NCBI GenBank assembly: GCA_030770535.1
Contig: JASVEC010000001.1
Coordinates: 868,001-932,000 of the forward strand
Reading direction: 5' to 3'
From: Batkoa obscura
Lineage: Eukaryota
Length of the DNA: 64,000 nt
The translations under genes were made by a program, and so were the position numbers. This document shows positions 39,026 to 52,249 of this stretch, piece after piece. Below the pieces are notes generated by a model. That model searched no databases, was not told the origin of the DNA, and was given only the letters and a program-made list of their open reading frames with translations. Within the stretch, counting starts at the first letter, position 1; each line of letters starts with the position of its first letter.

Positions 39026-39623
39026 TTAATTTGATTTAGCTGTATGAACAATGATGATTTTGATCTACAAAAATTTGGCAAGCATTGTTTATCTACTGTA
39101 CTTAAGTGGTTGAATTTAAAAAGGTATTCACATATATTTGTTATTTACAATTGTCATTCAACGTCATTTCTAGTAACATCACATGTATTTAATAAAATTA
39201 AAAGAAATACAGCTTTTAACTATCATTTGATTGATATGATGCTGTAATAATTTATTAAAATTTTTACGTTAAACTAAAGCTATAGTACTATCAAAAATAA
39301 ACAAAACACTCGGCATTTATGCTTTGAGATACGGACAAGTTAAAATAAAAATAAGGATATTTCAAAAGATCTTGAATCCTAACGTCTGTATATTAACATT
39401 TACTTATAAGTATAAAAGAAAATAAAGGAATGGATAATATATAAAGGGGCACCTAAAATAGAACTTGACCAGAATTCTTTTAAACCCTATCAAAAAACAT
39501 CAATCAAAAGGTTCACTTTTATTCTTTATTTTCATCAAATGGTTTTTTCTTCTTCAGTAGACTTTTTAGTATTTTTATATTTTAGGCAAATAACTTTTTT
39601 TTGAAAGTCAATAAATTGCTTTA

Positions 39624-39785
39624 CAGTTGTTGCAGCTCTATTGCGACCTAATTAGCGATAATTTCTAGAGCCTGTTATTTATTTGTTTAAATTTTACTAA
39701 GGCCAAGTCTAACTATAGTTTGATTCTAGTAAAATTTATTCTTAGATGGGTAGCTAATTAGGTTGCAATAAAGTTGTAATAGTTG
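39624..39785. mobile_element. Tc1/mariner-like MITE
   Basis: TA|CAGTTGTTGCAGCTCTATTGCGACCTAATTAGC ... GCTAATTAGGTTGCAATAAAGTTGTAATAGTTG, an imperfect TIR of about 33 bp; a related left end occurs at about 63532. Confidence 0.55.
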
Positions 39786-40408
39786 AATTCTAACAGCTAA
39801 TTCAAAGCTACTTGTGAGAAACTCCGCTATGTAAAGTAGTATAGTGGTTATTTTTAATCATAATAAATTATTTATAATATGACTACATATATAACACTTC
39901 AATTTGATTATTAATAATTAGTTACTAAAAGCAAACCATTTATTATTTAACCAGATTATATTTATGAGCATAAAATTAAAGCATACAAACCGTTTATTAA
40001 TTTCATAACAGTAAGTCATTAAACAATTGCAATGTAGAGCTTTGGGTATACTTTGAAGTAAGGAGATAACAGCTATATTGAACAAAAGGAATTAGAATGT
40101 AAACTTGACTTCAAGTTTTATAAATTTACAAAAGGTTAACTAGAATTCCAGATTTTAACTCGGCAAAATTTTCAGTAAGAATTGACTAATAACGACTTCA
40201 TTCCAATAGATTTACTATAAAAGGCTATTTTACAAATAAAATTTTATGGAACAATAACAAAATGAGGTAACCAGTAATTTAAATATTTAATGGCATTGGA
40301 AAAAAAGTAATATAAAATCAATTAGTTGTAATTTTATCCTGCACTTTTTTTAATTATTTATTTATTCATTATACATATTGTATTCATATTCCAAGATTTA
40401 CAAATCAA

Positions 40409-41263
40409 ATGTTACAAGCTACTAATACTTTAACTATGAATGAATTATTAAATGATATTTACGAAGACACAATCACTATCCCACCACCGCCATATACCCC
40501 AATTGCAAACCCAGAATTTGAAGCAGCAGTTGAGTTCGGACCCAATAGAACAGAAAGTATTGCAAGGCGGTGTGAGGTACGGGAATTAAGAAGAAGGTAT
40601 CTACTACACATATCACCACCATTGATATCCGATTTTATATTACCCAATTTTCATGCAATCAATCGCTACAAACTAAATTTCAAAAAGAACAGTCATTTAT
40701 TATACTGTTTAATAAGCTTGGGCGAGAGCGATAATAAAGAGCTAAGAGTACGATATTCCCATTTAAATGTCAGTTTAGAACATATCCAATCCCACCGCAC
40801 TTTAGGGGAAATTAATACCAATAATGGGGCTTCCACTTCAACCACGGTATTATCCCATGATATCCAGTTTACTATTCCTTCTTATCCCAGTGACGTCAAA
40901 AGTAGAGCCCAATTTACTTCATATCAAGATCAGTTTCTATTAACGATTGAAGAAGAGCTACAGTTTATAAGGTATAAATGGAAAAGAAATAACGATGGCT
41001 ATAAGTTATATAGAAAAACACCACTGATACCTTCAAACGCTTTACCAACTAATCCCTTAAATAGAAGTAGCTCGAAATATGATCGGTTGATTGCTACATT
41101 GTCCTTTTCAAGTAATGGTGAAGAAAACCAGGCCACCTTGTATTTTCCTACGTTGCAGTCTAATGTCAATACCCTCAATTTTATCATTACGGCAGCTTAT
41201 CTGTTGAGATATGTTAAAAATCTCAATGCCAATAATATTAGTGGTAGTAATAATAATGGCTGA
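40409..41263 (+). CDS. Uncharacterised PPxY-containing protein (possible tubby/LURP/DUF6593-like beta-rich fold), 284 aa
   Basis: Intact single ORF with PPPPY near the N-terminus, RYKWKR, RLIATLSF and terminal hydrophobic helix LNFIITAAYLL. Confidence 0.65.
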   Translation: MLQATNTLTMNELLNDIYEDTITIPPPPYTPIANPEFEAAVEFGPNRTESIARRCEVRELRRRYLLHISPPLISDFILPNFHAINRYKLNFKKNSHLLYCLISLGESDNKELRVRYSHLNVSLEHIQSHRTLGEINTNNGASTSTTVLSHDIQFTIPSYPSDVKSRAQFTSYQDQFLLTIEEELQFIRYKWKRNNDGYKLYRKTPLIPSNALPTNPLNRSSSKYDRLIATLSFSSNGEENQATLYFPTLQSNVNTLNFIITAAYLLRYVKNLNANNISGSNNNG

Positions 41264-41523
41264 AAACAAAATTGTGATTTTATGTTAAATAAAAAGACTT
41301 TATGTTAAAATAACTATTTGCCTTTATATTTATTATTTCGATTTTTAACAAAAAATAAACCAAAACTTATGTTAAAGTAATAAACAAATAAAAACTTGAG
41401 CAAATAAAAACTAAGGAGTGAAATCAATAAACAAAAAATGGAGAAACCAAAATCTAACTATTTTTTTAAGCCACTTTTAATTAAACTCTTTTTAAGACAT
41501 CACTCAACTAAAAGAAAACAAGG

Positions 41524-42880
41524 AAAATGGAAGGTTGTATGTTCAATATTAATGATGGTTATTTAGAAGCCATAATACGCGGTTATCGTTCCAATATAAT
41601 TAGCAATTCTAACTATATGAATTTAACTCAATGTGAGAATTTAGAAGGTAAACTAATAAATTTAAAATAAAAACAAAAATTAAATTATTGAATTTAAAAG
41701 ATCTCAAAGTCCAGCTAGGAGCCACAGATTATGGTACTTTAATTCAAAATGAAGCTTCACCCATAGCCACATCCACCATCTCTGAAAAATGTACTGAAAA
41801 GCTGGTAGAAGAATACAAGTATATTCGCTCTCAAGCTAGTGGCGATTTGTTGCAGTTTTTAGATTATATTAGGTAATTCTAATAGTCATTCTTGTTGATT
41901 TGCTCTAACTTTACTCGCTTTTTAGTTACGGTTACATGATTGACAATGTCATCTTATTAATTACTGGTACTTTACACGAACGTGATACTAACGAACTAAT
42001 TGAGCGCTGTCATCCTATTGGTGTCTTTGAGTCTATGCCAGCGCTATGTATTGCTACTAATGTAGCAGAGTTATATAATACTGTGTTAGTCGAAACACCA
42101 CTTGGTAAAATAATACTTTATTTATTGATGACAAATAAGCTAACTTTCAATAATTTATAGCACCTTATTTCCGTAATTGCTTATCAGCACAAGACTTGGA
42201 TGAGCTCAATATTGAAATCATTCGTAACACATTATATAAAGCGTATTTGGAAGACTTTTATGAGTTTTGTCAAGGAATAGGTGGTGCGACAGCTGAGCTT
42301 ATGGGTGAAATATTAAAAGTAAGTTGTCAAACTTTTTTATGTTCAAGTTTTTAATACATTTTTCGAATTTAGTTTGAGGCAGATAGACGTACTATCAATA
42401 TCACTATTAACTCTTTTGGTACTGAACTTTCCAAAGATGATCGTGCCAAATTATTCCCCTCTTTAGGCCGACTTTTTCCAGAAGGAAGTGCTAAGCTTTC
42501 TAAAGTAGATGATTTTGATCAAGTAAAGGGCAGCTGTGATTTTATTGTGGTAAGTTTATTAGAAATCTATATTGATAACAACAGTAACTGAATTTCAAAC
42601 TATTTTAGGAATACCGTAATTTATTTGATTCTGGATTAGGAGTAAATGATGGCGAAGGAAAAACATTAGAGGATCGATTTTTCGAATATGAAGTGGAACT
42701 CAACAAGGATACCTTTTTACAACAATTCCATTATGGCTTATTTTACGCTTATTTTAAATTAAAGGAGCAAGAGATACGCAATATAGTTTGGATTGCTGAA
42801 TGTATTTCTCAACAACAAAAAGATAAGATTCATCATTATATTCCAATTTTTTAAGGTTTTTATTTTATGATAATAAAAAA
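41524..42880. repeat. Left arm of a 1357-bp perfect inverted repeat (partner 59401-60757)
   Basis: Paired positions sum to 102281 throughout (no indels); exons and introns checked by eye are identical. Confidence 0.93.
41527..42854 (+). CDS. VMA6: V-ATPase V0 subunit d, left copy (6 exons)
   Basis: [20 protein letters not shown]...[14 protein letters not shown]...[18 protein letters not shown]...[18 protein letters not shown]...FEADRR...[15 protein letters not shown]...YIPIF*. Confidence 0.97.
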
Positions 42881-42990
42881 TGAAATTCAATTTTTAAACT
42901 GTAATTTTATAAACAATAATTTAATTTGTTTATCTAACCTCGCATTACTATTTGTCTTTTTACCAACCTGGATATAAGCTTTGAAGCTAT

Positions 42991-43535
42991 CTAGTATACA
43001 AAATCATTCCATTTTCTTTTATTATTATCTTGTTTCAACTTTTCCCTATGATAGCCTTCAACTATGTCTTCAATATTACTAATAAAAGTATCTATAAACT
43101 TATTAAAAGTTTTATCATATCTTCTGTTATTTTCTAGAACATCATTATCATTATGAAATTCATTATCTGGGGTAACGACAGTTGGTTTAGACATTCTCTG
43201 AGTTGATTTACTAGACAATGGAGCTATTTCAGATACTACTTTAACAATATTACCATAATTTGAATATACTGCTTCAAATATCTTATTACTGGTTGATTGG
43301 ACTGTTTTGGATACTAGCTTAATGATTTCCAGCTGTTTCATAACTATTTGAGTACTTTACTTCAGACATTGCTTTAAAAAATTCAGGTACTTCATTAGTA
43401 GTTAATAGAGTCATTTTAGAAATTACTTTAATATTTTCAAATACTTTCAAATACTTTACTGGTAATAAACAGTTCTGCTTCAGCTTCATTTTTATTATTA
43501 TTAAACTTATTATTTATTAATTTGTTTGTATTAAA
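42991..43535 (-). pseudogene. Gene X, left copy (unknown function; frame-shifted)
   Basis: LINNKFNNNKNEAEAELFITSK..LTTNEVPEFFKAMSEVKYS..EIIKLVS..EAVYSNYGNIVKVVSEIAP aligns to 58775-59327. A 10-bp duplication (AAGTATTTGA x2 on the minus strand) and a second frameshift break the frame. Confidence 0.7.
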
Positions 43536-43710
43536 CTTTTATTTACTATTACAAAAAATAATAAACTAACTAATAATAAAGATTTTAAGCTTTCCGTATT
43601 ATTTTTTTTATTGCAACCTTAACTGAATAAAGTAAGCAATTTAATTATTATTATAAGTTTTTAAATATTTAAAATATAAATTATTTTTATAAAAGCTTGA
43701 GTTAATATAT

Positions 43711-44083
43711 GGGGATGTCCGAATTGGTTTTATTTTTTTATCCAATTTTTAAAAATTTTACATTTAAAAACTTTGCTTAAAATTCTATAAAAATAAATTC
43801 TTTATTAAAAACTAAAAGTACCCCTGATACAGTTTTAAATTATTTTATTATAATTTATATTGTGTTAACAGAATTTGTATTAAACTTAATACAAATTCCC
43901 GGATTAGTAAGGCTTTTACTAATATAACTTACATATTAATATTAATTAAAGTTGTAATATATAAATAAATACATATTCCTTTAAAACTTTATTGAAAAAT
44001 ATTTACTACTGACTGTTTTATAGCCAATATTGCAGATTTGCTATCAAATAAGTAGATAATTTTAATGTTATAATTACATCCCC
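43711..44083. mobile_element. 373-bp non-autonomous element sharing termini with MITE family A
   Basis: GGGGATGT...ACATCCCC, TSD ATAT/ATAT, interior unrelated to the small MITE. Confidence 0.75.
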
Positions 44084-44379
44084 ATATATCACTAAGTTAA
44101 TAAATAGCTGCATAAAAGGGAGTGGTTAGCCTTAAAACTATAATTAACTATTTTTATATAATACAAGCAATATAATAATGATATTTATATGTTAATATAA
44201 CTATTTGCTTTTTAATCATTTATTAACTTAGCTATTAATACTTTAAATAACATTAACATTTAACAATTGAGGATATATTTTTCTGTTTAATACTTTTATT
44301 GATAGTCTTTCCGCTCAAATAGGGCTTAAAAAATCAAAAAAGTGATGAAACCAAAAAAACACCCTCAATTGATTTCTAT
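43853..44379. repeat. Left arm of a 527-bp perfect inverted repeat (partner 52867-53393); imperfect homology spans 43711-44406
   Basis: Paired positions sum to 97246; identical by eye, including private mutations in the embedded MITE. Confidence 0.9.
44269..44366. mobile_element. MITE family A, copy 10
   Basis: GAGGATAT...ACACCCTC, TSD AATT/AATT. Confidence 0.82.
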
Positions 44380-44406
44380 CACTTAACAAGCTACTTACTT
44401 GCTTAG

Positions 44407-44901
44407 TGTGAAATATTGGTTTATCAGCTCTCGGATTAATTATAACACAATAATCATTTAACTTGTTTACAAAGCTAGTGGTAGTCTTGTAATCAATTTG
44501 ACCGCAAATTATGTGGTATAATCAATCCAGAGTTCCTTGTTTTGATTTGCTGTGAGGATTTCTAACTTCACATTGCAAAGAATATTATTTTCTCGTTTTG
44601 ATATCCATACTTGTTGGAATATAAAAGAAATTCTTTAACATACTAATTCGAGGCTTTTTAATTGAATTACTCCCTGATATGGTACTATTAATAAAGCCAC
44701 AAAGTCTTTCTGACAATATCTCACGTAGATTTTACAGAGTATTGTCTATTCTATTTGTTTTACATAGTTCGTAGCTTATTAGATATTATTCCTATTCATT
44801 TAAGTCTATCTTAGTTATATAAACTAAGACCCTTCGACTCAAGGCAAGTTAACCAAGCAAGAACTACTTTTAACTCCTACCACTGAGTACCAACTTTCAC
44901 A
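44407..44901 (+). mobile_element. Solo LTR, copy 3
   Basis: TGTGAAA...TTTCACA, near-TSD TTAG/TTAT. Confidence 0.85.
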
Positions 44902-45208
44902 TTATTAAATTATTTATTTTAACTTTTATAATAAATAATTTAATTTGTTTATATTTTTTTTAATCAGACTAGGAAAAATAAATTAGCTTTAAAATAAGAC
45001 AAACTATATAAAATAATACATAAGCACTTTTATGATAATTATTGTATTAGATATAAAAATACTGGTATTATATATAATTGAGCTTATATTAGGTTTTTTA
45101 GATTAATAATATAATTTGAAGCATATAAATTACAACTAGCTAATTTATATTAAAACTATTAATAAACAAGACTGGTTTATAAAGTAGAATAATAAAAATA
45201 ATAAAAGC

Positions 45209-45668
45209 TGTGAAAGTTGATACTTAGTGGTCGAAGTTAAAAGCTACTCTTGCTTAATTAACTTGCCTTGAGTCGAAGGGTCTTAGTTTATGTAACTAAG
45301 GTAGACTTAACTTAATAGAAATAGTATGTAGTAAGCTACGAATTATGTAAAACAAATACAATGGAAGATACTACTATAAAATCTATATCAGATGTTGTCA
45401 GAAAGACTTAATGACTTTATTAATGATACGTTATCAGAGAGTAATCCAATTAAAAAAGCCTCGAGTTAGTATGTTGAAGAATCTCTTTTATACTCCAACA
45501 AGTATGGATATTAAAAGGAGATAATATTGTTTGCAATATGAAGTTATAAATTCTCGCAGCAAATCAAAATAAGGGACTCGGACTTGATTGTGTTTGAACT
45601 TGAGAACACAACTTAAGTGATTGTTATGTTATAATCAATCCGAGAGCTAAATAAAGCAATATTTCACA
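45209..45668 (-). mobile_element. Solo LTR, copy 4 (inverted)
   Basis: Reverse complement of the family consensus, TSD AAGC/AAGC. Confidence 0.85.
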
Positions 45669-46344
45669 AAGCAATATAAAATAAAATTATAAGCAAGTAT
45701 TTAAAAAATAATAATAATAAAAATAATTATAAAGTACAAACACTTAATAAGATATCTATTTTAGCTTCTTTTATGTAATTTTTAATAAATAAATAATAAA
45801 TTTATTATATCAAATTATAAAAAAAAATATTACTTTATTAATTACTAGATTTAAATTTCTTAATTTATTATAGGCAGTTAACCAAAAAACTTTTATAACT
45901 TTTTTTTAAGCATTAAATTTTATAACATGTATTTTATCAATTTATAATAATGATTTTTTCTATAAATAATAAATAATAAAAAATAAAAAATAAAAAATAA
46001 ATAGTAATAATCAGTTAACTTTTATTTTTTTAAATCTTCTCAGATAAACCTATTTTTTCCACTGTATTTTCATCAGCCTGTTCAGCTTTTACCTTTAAAA
46101 AACAATAAAATTTATCTAAAAAAAGTGAGAATACTGGGTAGTAGTTGATTAAAAAGCATTTTAGATAATGTTGAAAAGTTAATTAGTAAGCTATAAAATT
46201 TAAATTAGTTAAATTTAGCTGGTTTAATGTTTAAGTTTTTATTATTTATGAAAGTGTTAGTAAGTTAATATTTAGAGAGAAAAAAAGTTAGTTGATTAAT
46301 TGAGCTATTGTATTGTTATGTATGTATATAAATGAAATTTATTA

Positions 46345-46930
46345 GCAATTTTACGCTCAATTTCGTACTTCACTACAAGCACCAAGACCTATTTTAATTC
46401 CGTACATATTACCCTGGTCTCTTCAGATATTTCTCAAACAACAGCTAACTCATAAGGTAGGAAATTAGCAGTCAAAACTGATTTTCATATGGGGGTGTTT
46501 TTTTGGCTTCATTATTTTTCCACTTTTTAAGTATTATTTCAGTGGAAAGATTAGTAAAATTCTTAAACAAAAAAATACATCCCCATATAAATAGTTATTT
46601 TTTCGTGTTAATATTATTAACTTATCAGTCTTTTCTTAACTTTGGACTTGAGTTTAGATCATGTTATAAAGTTAATAAAATACTTTTGATTGCCTCTGCC
46701 TAGAAAAGAGATCAATTGATGTTATTGAAGATAAAGATAAAGATAAAAAATGAACTTATCAAGAAATAGACAAGCAGAATTAAAACTACTTACATTTTAT
46801 CTGAAGGATAGTTGCAATTATTGAAACGAATTTGAAATACCAAGACTTGGAGGATTGAAGAAACTTACTTTTTTACAATTGAGATTTCAAATCTTTAAAT
46901 CGTTTATTAAGACAGAGTAATAATAAGTTT
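46345..46930 (-). pseudogene. NUDT19-like Nudix hydrolase pseudogene (left arm)
   Basis: The minus strand gives TANFLPYELAVV*EISEETRVICTE..YEIERK versus intact TTDFLPYELAAVRETFEETGILCTE..YEIERK. Three further exon remnants are collinear with 57270-57560, a MITE sits in an intron, and the large 3' exon is missing. Confidence 0.82.
46491..46584. mobile_element. MITE family A, copy 11
   Basis: GGGGGTGT...ACATCCCC, TSD ATAT/ATAT. Confidence 0.85.
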
Positions 46931-46980
46931 GTGTTATTTGTTAAAGATTGGATCAGTGCTGTTATTATTGTGACTTATAC

Positions 46981-47070
46981 GGGGATATATTTTTTATTCG
47001 AGAATTTTACTAGCAGTTTTTCCACTTAAATAGCGCTTAAAAATGGAAAAAGTGATGAAACCAAAAAACA
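46981..47070. mobile_element. MITE family A, copy 12 (right end truncated)
   Basis: GGGGATAT start and family core; terminal CCCC missing. Confidence 0.75.
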
Positions 47071-47288
47071 ATAAAAATTCATTATACAAACTTTTTATAA
47101 TCTTAAAAGCCACGTGAGCATATGGCGCATATCTTAAAAAAGATTAAAAAACAGAAACGATTTTGACTTAACTTTTAGAAAATAGTATAAAAAATAGATA
47201 CTTTTTTATTTCCCTACATAACTAACAAATCCCGCCGAATCCCTATCACATAAAACTTTGACTTCAAAATCCTTTGGCTACCAGTATA

Positions 47289-49574
47289 CTATTCTCCTCT
47301 TTCCAAAGTTGTTCTACTACTTATTGGCCCGAAAGGATCTAATGGTAGCTTGATGCCATCTAAAAATACCATCAACATTAGCAACGCTTATCATTGCAAA
47401 AAATTATACCTACTTTCCACAAGTGAATAAGCAAAATTTGAAATTGGTAATTGTCTAATTTTGATATTCTCATTGACCTCCGAAGAGCAACAAACACCAA
47501 CTAAAATTGGATTTAAAATCAAAGGTTGACGACGCTATATTAAAAAATAATAAAGATTAAAATAAATATAATTGAAGCAAATTATTTTATCTTACTTTTG
47601 ACTTATTAACAACGTCTAAAAGAAAAATGTTAATTGATTAAGATGATTAAATAAATTAAATATCTTACTCATCTTTTTTGTCTCCTCATCAATATCTTCT
47701 TCTTCTTCACCATCTTCTTCAATCAACCAATCCTAAAAATAATTCACTATATTAATACGCCTCTATCACCACATATTAGTTATAAAATTACGTCATTTTC
47801 ACTTTCACTATTATTATTTTGGCTGTTAAAATCTTCATCATCTTCATCTTCGTCTTCATCTGAATCATCCAGTAATTCGCCTTCTTCATCTTCTTCTTGC
47901 CATTCCAATTCAGAATCAAATTCATAGTTTAATAATTCCTCATCTTTATTTTTAAAATTACGGGGTTTTATTTTATTACTTTGAGGTAACCAAACACCTA
48001 TTAATAATAATAAAAGTAAAATAATTTGAGTTAGTTTCATTTATGTATTATTAGAATTATAATTTGATTTACCAAAGAAGGGTGGTCGAACATTTTCATG
48101 AAACATTAGCAATTTAGGCTTATAACCTGTAGTTTCTGTTGATAGCATAATAATACTAGAATCATCTTCAGAATTTATTGAATCCATATCGTTCATATGA
48201 TTTAGATACTCTTTTGTATTTTTACTTACTTCTTTCTTTACACTTTTTAATTTACTTTGGATCTCTTTTAACATCTCATTGTTATAATCTAAACAAAAAT
48301 TTAAAATTTTTAAACACTAATTATTTTTAGTTAATTTCTCTTTCTTTGACTTACCTTTGTCCTCACAACTATTAATTTTATCTGCTAAATCAAATTTATC
48401 ATTATTATTAATTCCTAATGATTTTGCAATATAAACCCCTTGTTTAACTCGAAATGGGTGAAAATATTTTTCATAATCAGAAATAGTGGGCAATTGTGTA
48501 TTTTCTAAACAACAAAATTAAAAAAAGACTTCAACAAAATCAAAACTCTCTAGCATTACTTTCATTACTATTATTTGAATCCACTGTGTCCTTTTTAACC
48601 GTGAAAAATCCTTTGATACTAACTGTATGCTATAATTAATTAATAGTTAGTGAATAAATGAAAAATGATTTTTATAAATTACTTTTGGTAGTTTTTTTTC
48701 TTCAATAACTTTATTTGTTTGTTTTTTCTTTTCTTCATTGACTTTATTCATTTGCTTCTTCTTTTCCTCGCTTGATTTATTTGTTTGTTTCTTTTTCTCC
48801 TCATTAACTTTAGCCACTTTAGCTATATTGGCTTCATTACTAGTCGTTTGATTAACTTTAACTTCATTAGGTTTTAAATCCCTCTAAATAAAAATAAAAA
48901 TAAAAATAAAAATCCATAGTAAATAAAAATAATTTTTAAATACATTAACATCAATAAGAGCAGGCATTGCTTCATGTTTACGTTTCTTTTTAATAATTGT
49001 AGCTTGTAAAACTACATATTCTTGGTCTTCAATTGATAATTCACTATATAATTTAATGGCTTCTTTAACTAACTATATAAAATAATAGAACAATTTTAAA
49101 ATTAATTTGATTAAAAGATAATTAAAAAATAATACCTCCAATCTCAATTGTTTTCTATTATTAATTAAAGTTATAATATCCTCTTTAAAATATAAATTTA
49201 AATCTTTGCATTCCCATCGATATACTGTTAATCCCTAATTGATTTTGTTATTACCATTATTACAATATAAATCAAATTCCTTCTCCTTACTTCTGGTATT
49301 GAATAATCTTCCGAATCAGCTGTTTTAATTGGTATGCCATAGCTAATTCTACTTGCTAATTTTTGAATTATATTTTCTAATAATTCAGGTACTAAAATAT
49401 CTATTTATTTTATTATTTTTAGAATAATTTAATTCTTATATTCTATAATTATTACCTTCCCATTTATCTTTAATAAGAAAACCTGTTGGGCATAGTATCC
49501 CTTTTAAAAATAAAGCTAAATCCGTAATTGTTTTATCACTATTTTAATAAAGTAAGTGTTATTTTATCTCTTTA

Positions 49575-49611
<37 letters not shown>

Positions 49612-50243
49612 TACCTTCCTTGTATTAATTTAGCAATCAAAGGTTTAAATTGATTTAATTGATCTTCCAATTGATACGAATTGGCAATTATTGTATTTCG
49701 TTTTATTAAATGAAATTGAGCCAATTCTATAATTCATTTATCAATAATATTTCCCATCAAGCTTTAATGATTCTTTAATATTTACCGATAATAGTATCTT
49801 CATGAATCAATAAATTCAATAAAGATTCATTAAATATTAACTTTCCATTTCGAATTTCAATCGTTTTTTCCTATTGTTTTTAATAAACTCAAATTCTTTT
49901 TTTGAAAATTCAAATTGCTTATATATTTACTTTATTACTCGCAGTGACTAAATAAATGTTAACTAATACTTTATTTAATTATTTTTTTTAAAAACTTACA
50001 TTGTCGTGGTTTCTTCCTTGTTTGTTTTTTTTCTATCGAATAAAATTAAATCAATTATAATTTCTTTCATTATCAACTATTCTACCATTACCAGCCGCTA
50101 CTTCTTTACTAACAATGTCTACTTATTTATATCAAACTAACTATCACTCAACTAAAATTATAAAACCCCTTACCTTCCATTTTTTTAGCCTCGAATTCTA
50201 TATTGTTTTTCAAATCCTCTTTTATTACTATCGTTGAATCCAT
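47289..50243 (-). CDS. RLF2: Chromatin assembly factor 1 subunit A (Cac1/Rlf2/p150), many introns
   Basis: KLLMFHENVRPPFFG, LLNYEFDSELEWQEEDEEGELL, acidic ED tract, DWLIEED, PIP-like segment before the YEKYFHPFRVK exon, and N-terminal LASRISYG...YRWECKD. Confidence 0.85.
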
Positions 50244-50874
50244 TGAATTTTTTGAAATAATTGAAATTAAAAAACAGTCATTTTAAATTTACCTTTTTAA
50301 AAAAAATTAAAATCATTAATTTAAACCAATGTCTTTGATTGGTGGCGATAAATTCGAATAGAAATGGGTTGGTATAAAAGCTCGATTAAAATTTTATCTA
50401 ATTTGATTTTTAGCAAAAATTGCAAATTAACCATCAAATGCTATAAAAATATTCATTTTTTGCTTGATTTTAAAATAACCTATATTAAGGACGTTCTTTT
50501 GTCCAGTTTTAATAATTTTTAAAATTTTTATATTAAATATTAAATAAACAAAAAAGTATAAGTAGAAAAATAAGATTTTTTTTAAAAAAATCAAATTATT
50601 ATTATGATAAAATAATTAAATTATAAATTTTTGAAATTATTCAGCTAGCTTAATTAGTAAAACTTGAGTTTTTAAATTTAAATATAAGTTCAAATCCTGT
50701 ATTAAATTAACTTTAAATATATTAAATATGTGATTATTTTTAAACCCAGTTTTATAAAATAAAATAAAAATATTTGTAAGCTTAGTAAATTTTTAAATTA
50801 TAAGTGGTAATTTTATATATATTATATGATAAAAATAAATTTTTTTTGTTCTTTTTAAGTTTTTATATCAGTCA

Positions 50875-51341
50875 TGTGAAATATCGGTTCATTAGCTATA
50901 GGATTGATTATAATATAATAATCAATCCAGAGTTCCTTATATAGATTTGTTGTGAGAATTTCTACCATCTAGCCATGAAGAGTTTAATGTCCATACTTGG
51001 CAGCTATAATAAGGAAGAACTATTATTGCCGCCCCTTACATATAGCCACCAAGTTGGAGTATAAAAGAGATTCTTCAACATACTAACTCGAGGCTTTTTT
51101 AATTGAATTACTCACTGATAACGTATCATTAATAAAGTCACTAAGTCTTTTTGACGACATCTTACATAGATTTTATAGTAGTATCTTCTATTATATTTGT
51201 TTTACATAATTCGTAGCTTATACGTATTATTTCTATTAGTTAAGTCTATCTTAGTTATATAAAGTAAGACCGTTCGACTCAAGGCAAGTTAATTAAGCAA
51301 GAGTAGCTTTTAACTCCGACCACTGAGTATCAACTTTCACA
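50875..51341 (+). mobile_element. Solo LTR, copy 5 (identical to inverted copy 6)
   Basis: 467 bp, TGTGAAA...TTTCACA, near-TSD GTCA/GTTA. Confidence 0.88.
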
Positions 51342-51463
51342 GTTATAAAGTATTTATAAATAATGAAAGTATATAGAACAAGTATTAAAATAGTATTTTT
51401 TAGCTTTATTTTAATATTAAATATTATTGATATATAATTTTTTTTAAATTTAAAAATATATAT

Positions 51464-51535
51464 GGGGATGTGTTTTTTTGTTTAAAAATTTTACTACCAA
51501 TCTTTCCGCTCAAACAGCGCTTAAAAAACATCCTC
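51464..51535. mobile_element. MITE family A, copy 13 (internal deletion)
   Basis: GGGGATGT...ACATCCTC, TSD ATAT/ATAT. Confidence 0.8.
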
Positions 51536-51933
51536 ATATATTTAAAATCTCTCTTTTAATAATTTTAGATTTAAACAAAATGTAATAATTTTTATTAAAT
51601 ATACTTTACAATAATAATACATTATTTAATAATATTATTTATTCATTTTTAAAATTAAAATTATTAAAGTTTACTACTAATGATAATAAGCTTAATTAAG
51701 CAATATATAAAATTAATGTTTTAAAGGAAACAGTAAACAGAAACTAATAAGTAGCATTATCATTAACTATAGCTTTAATATTTTTTTTTGACAAATATAA
51801 AAGTTTTGGATTTAATATAATTAGAAATCAATGTGATTATTCAAAAATAATTAATATTAGTAAAATATAAACACTAAACTTATTATTAAAAATACAAAAA
51901 AAATTAAAAATAAGCAAATTAAAAATATTATAT

Positions 51934-52032
51934 GTGGATGTATTTTTGTGTTTAAGGATTTTACTAACAATTTTTCCGCTTAAATAGCGCTTAAAAAATG
52001 GAAAAAGTAATGAAACTAAAAAAAACATCCTC
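51934..52032. mobile_element. MITE family A, copy 14
   Basis: GTGGATGT...ACATCCTC, TSD ATAT/ATAT. Confidence 0.82.
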
Positions 52033-52249
52033 ATATTATTAGCTAATTAATTTCAAAACTTGAGCTTTTTATTTGTAAACATAATAAAACTAATAATTCA
52101 ACTGTTAATAATTATAAAACAGGTATAATTTTTAAGAAATATATCAAAAAAAAATGCAAAAAAAATAATAAAGATATAAAATATTAGAAAGTATTTATAT
52201 TTTATTAAATATAATAATAAATTATATTATTATCCAGTATCTGATAAAC

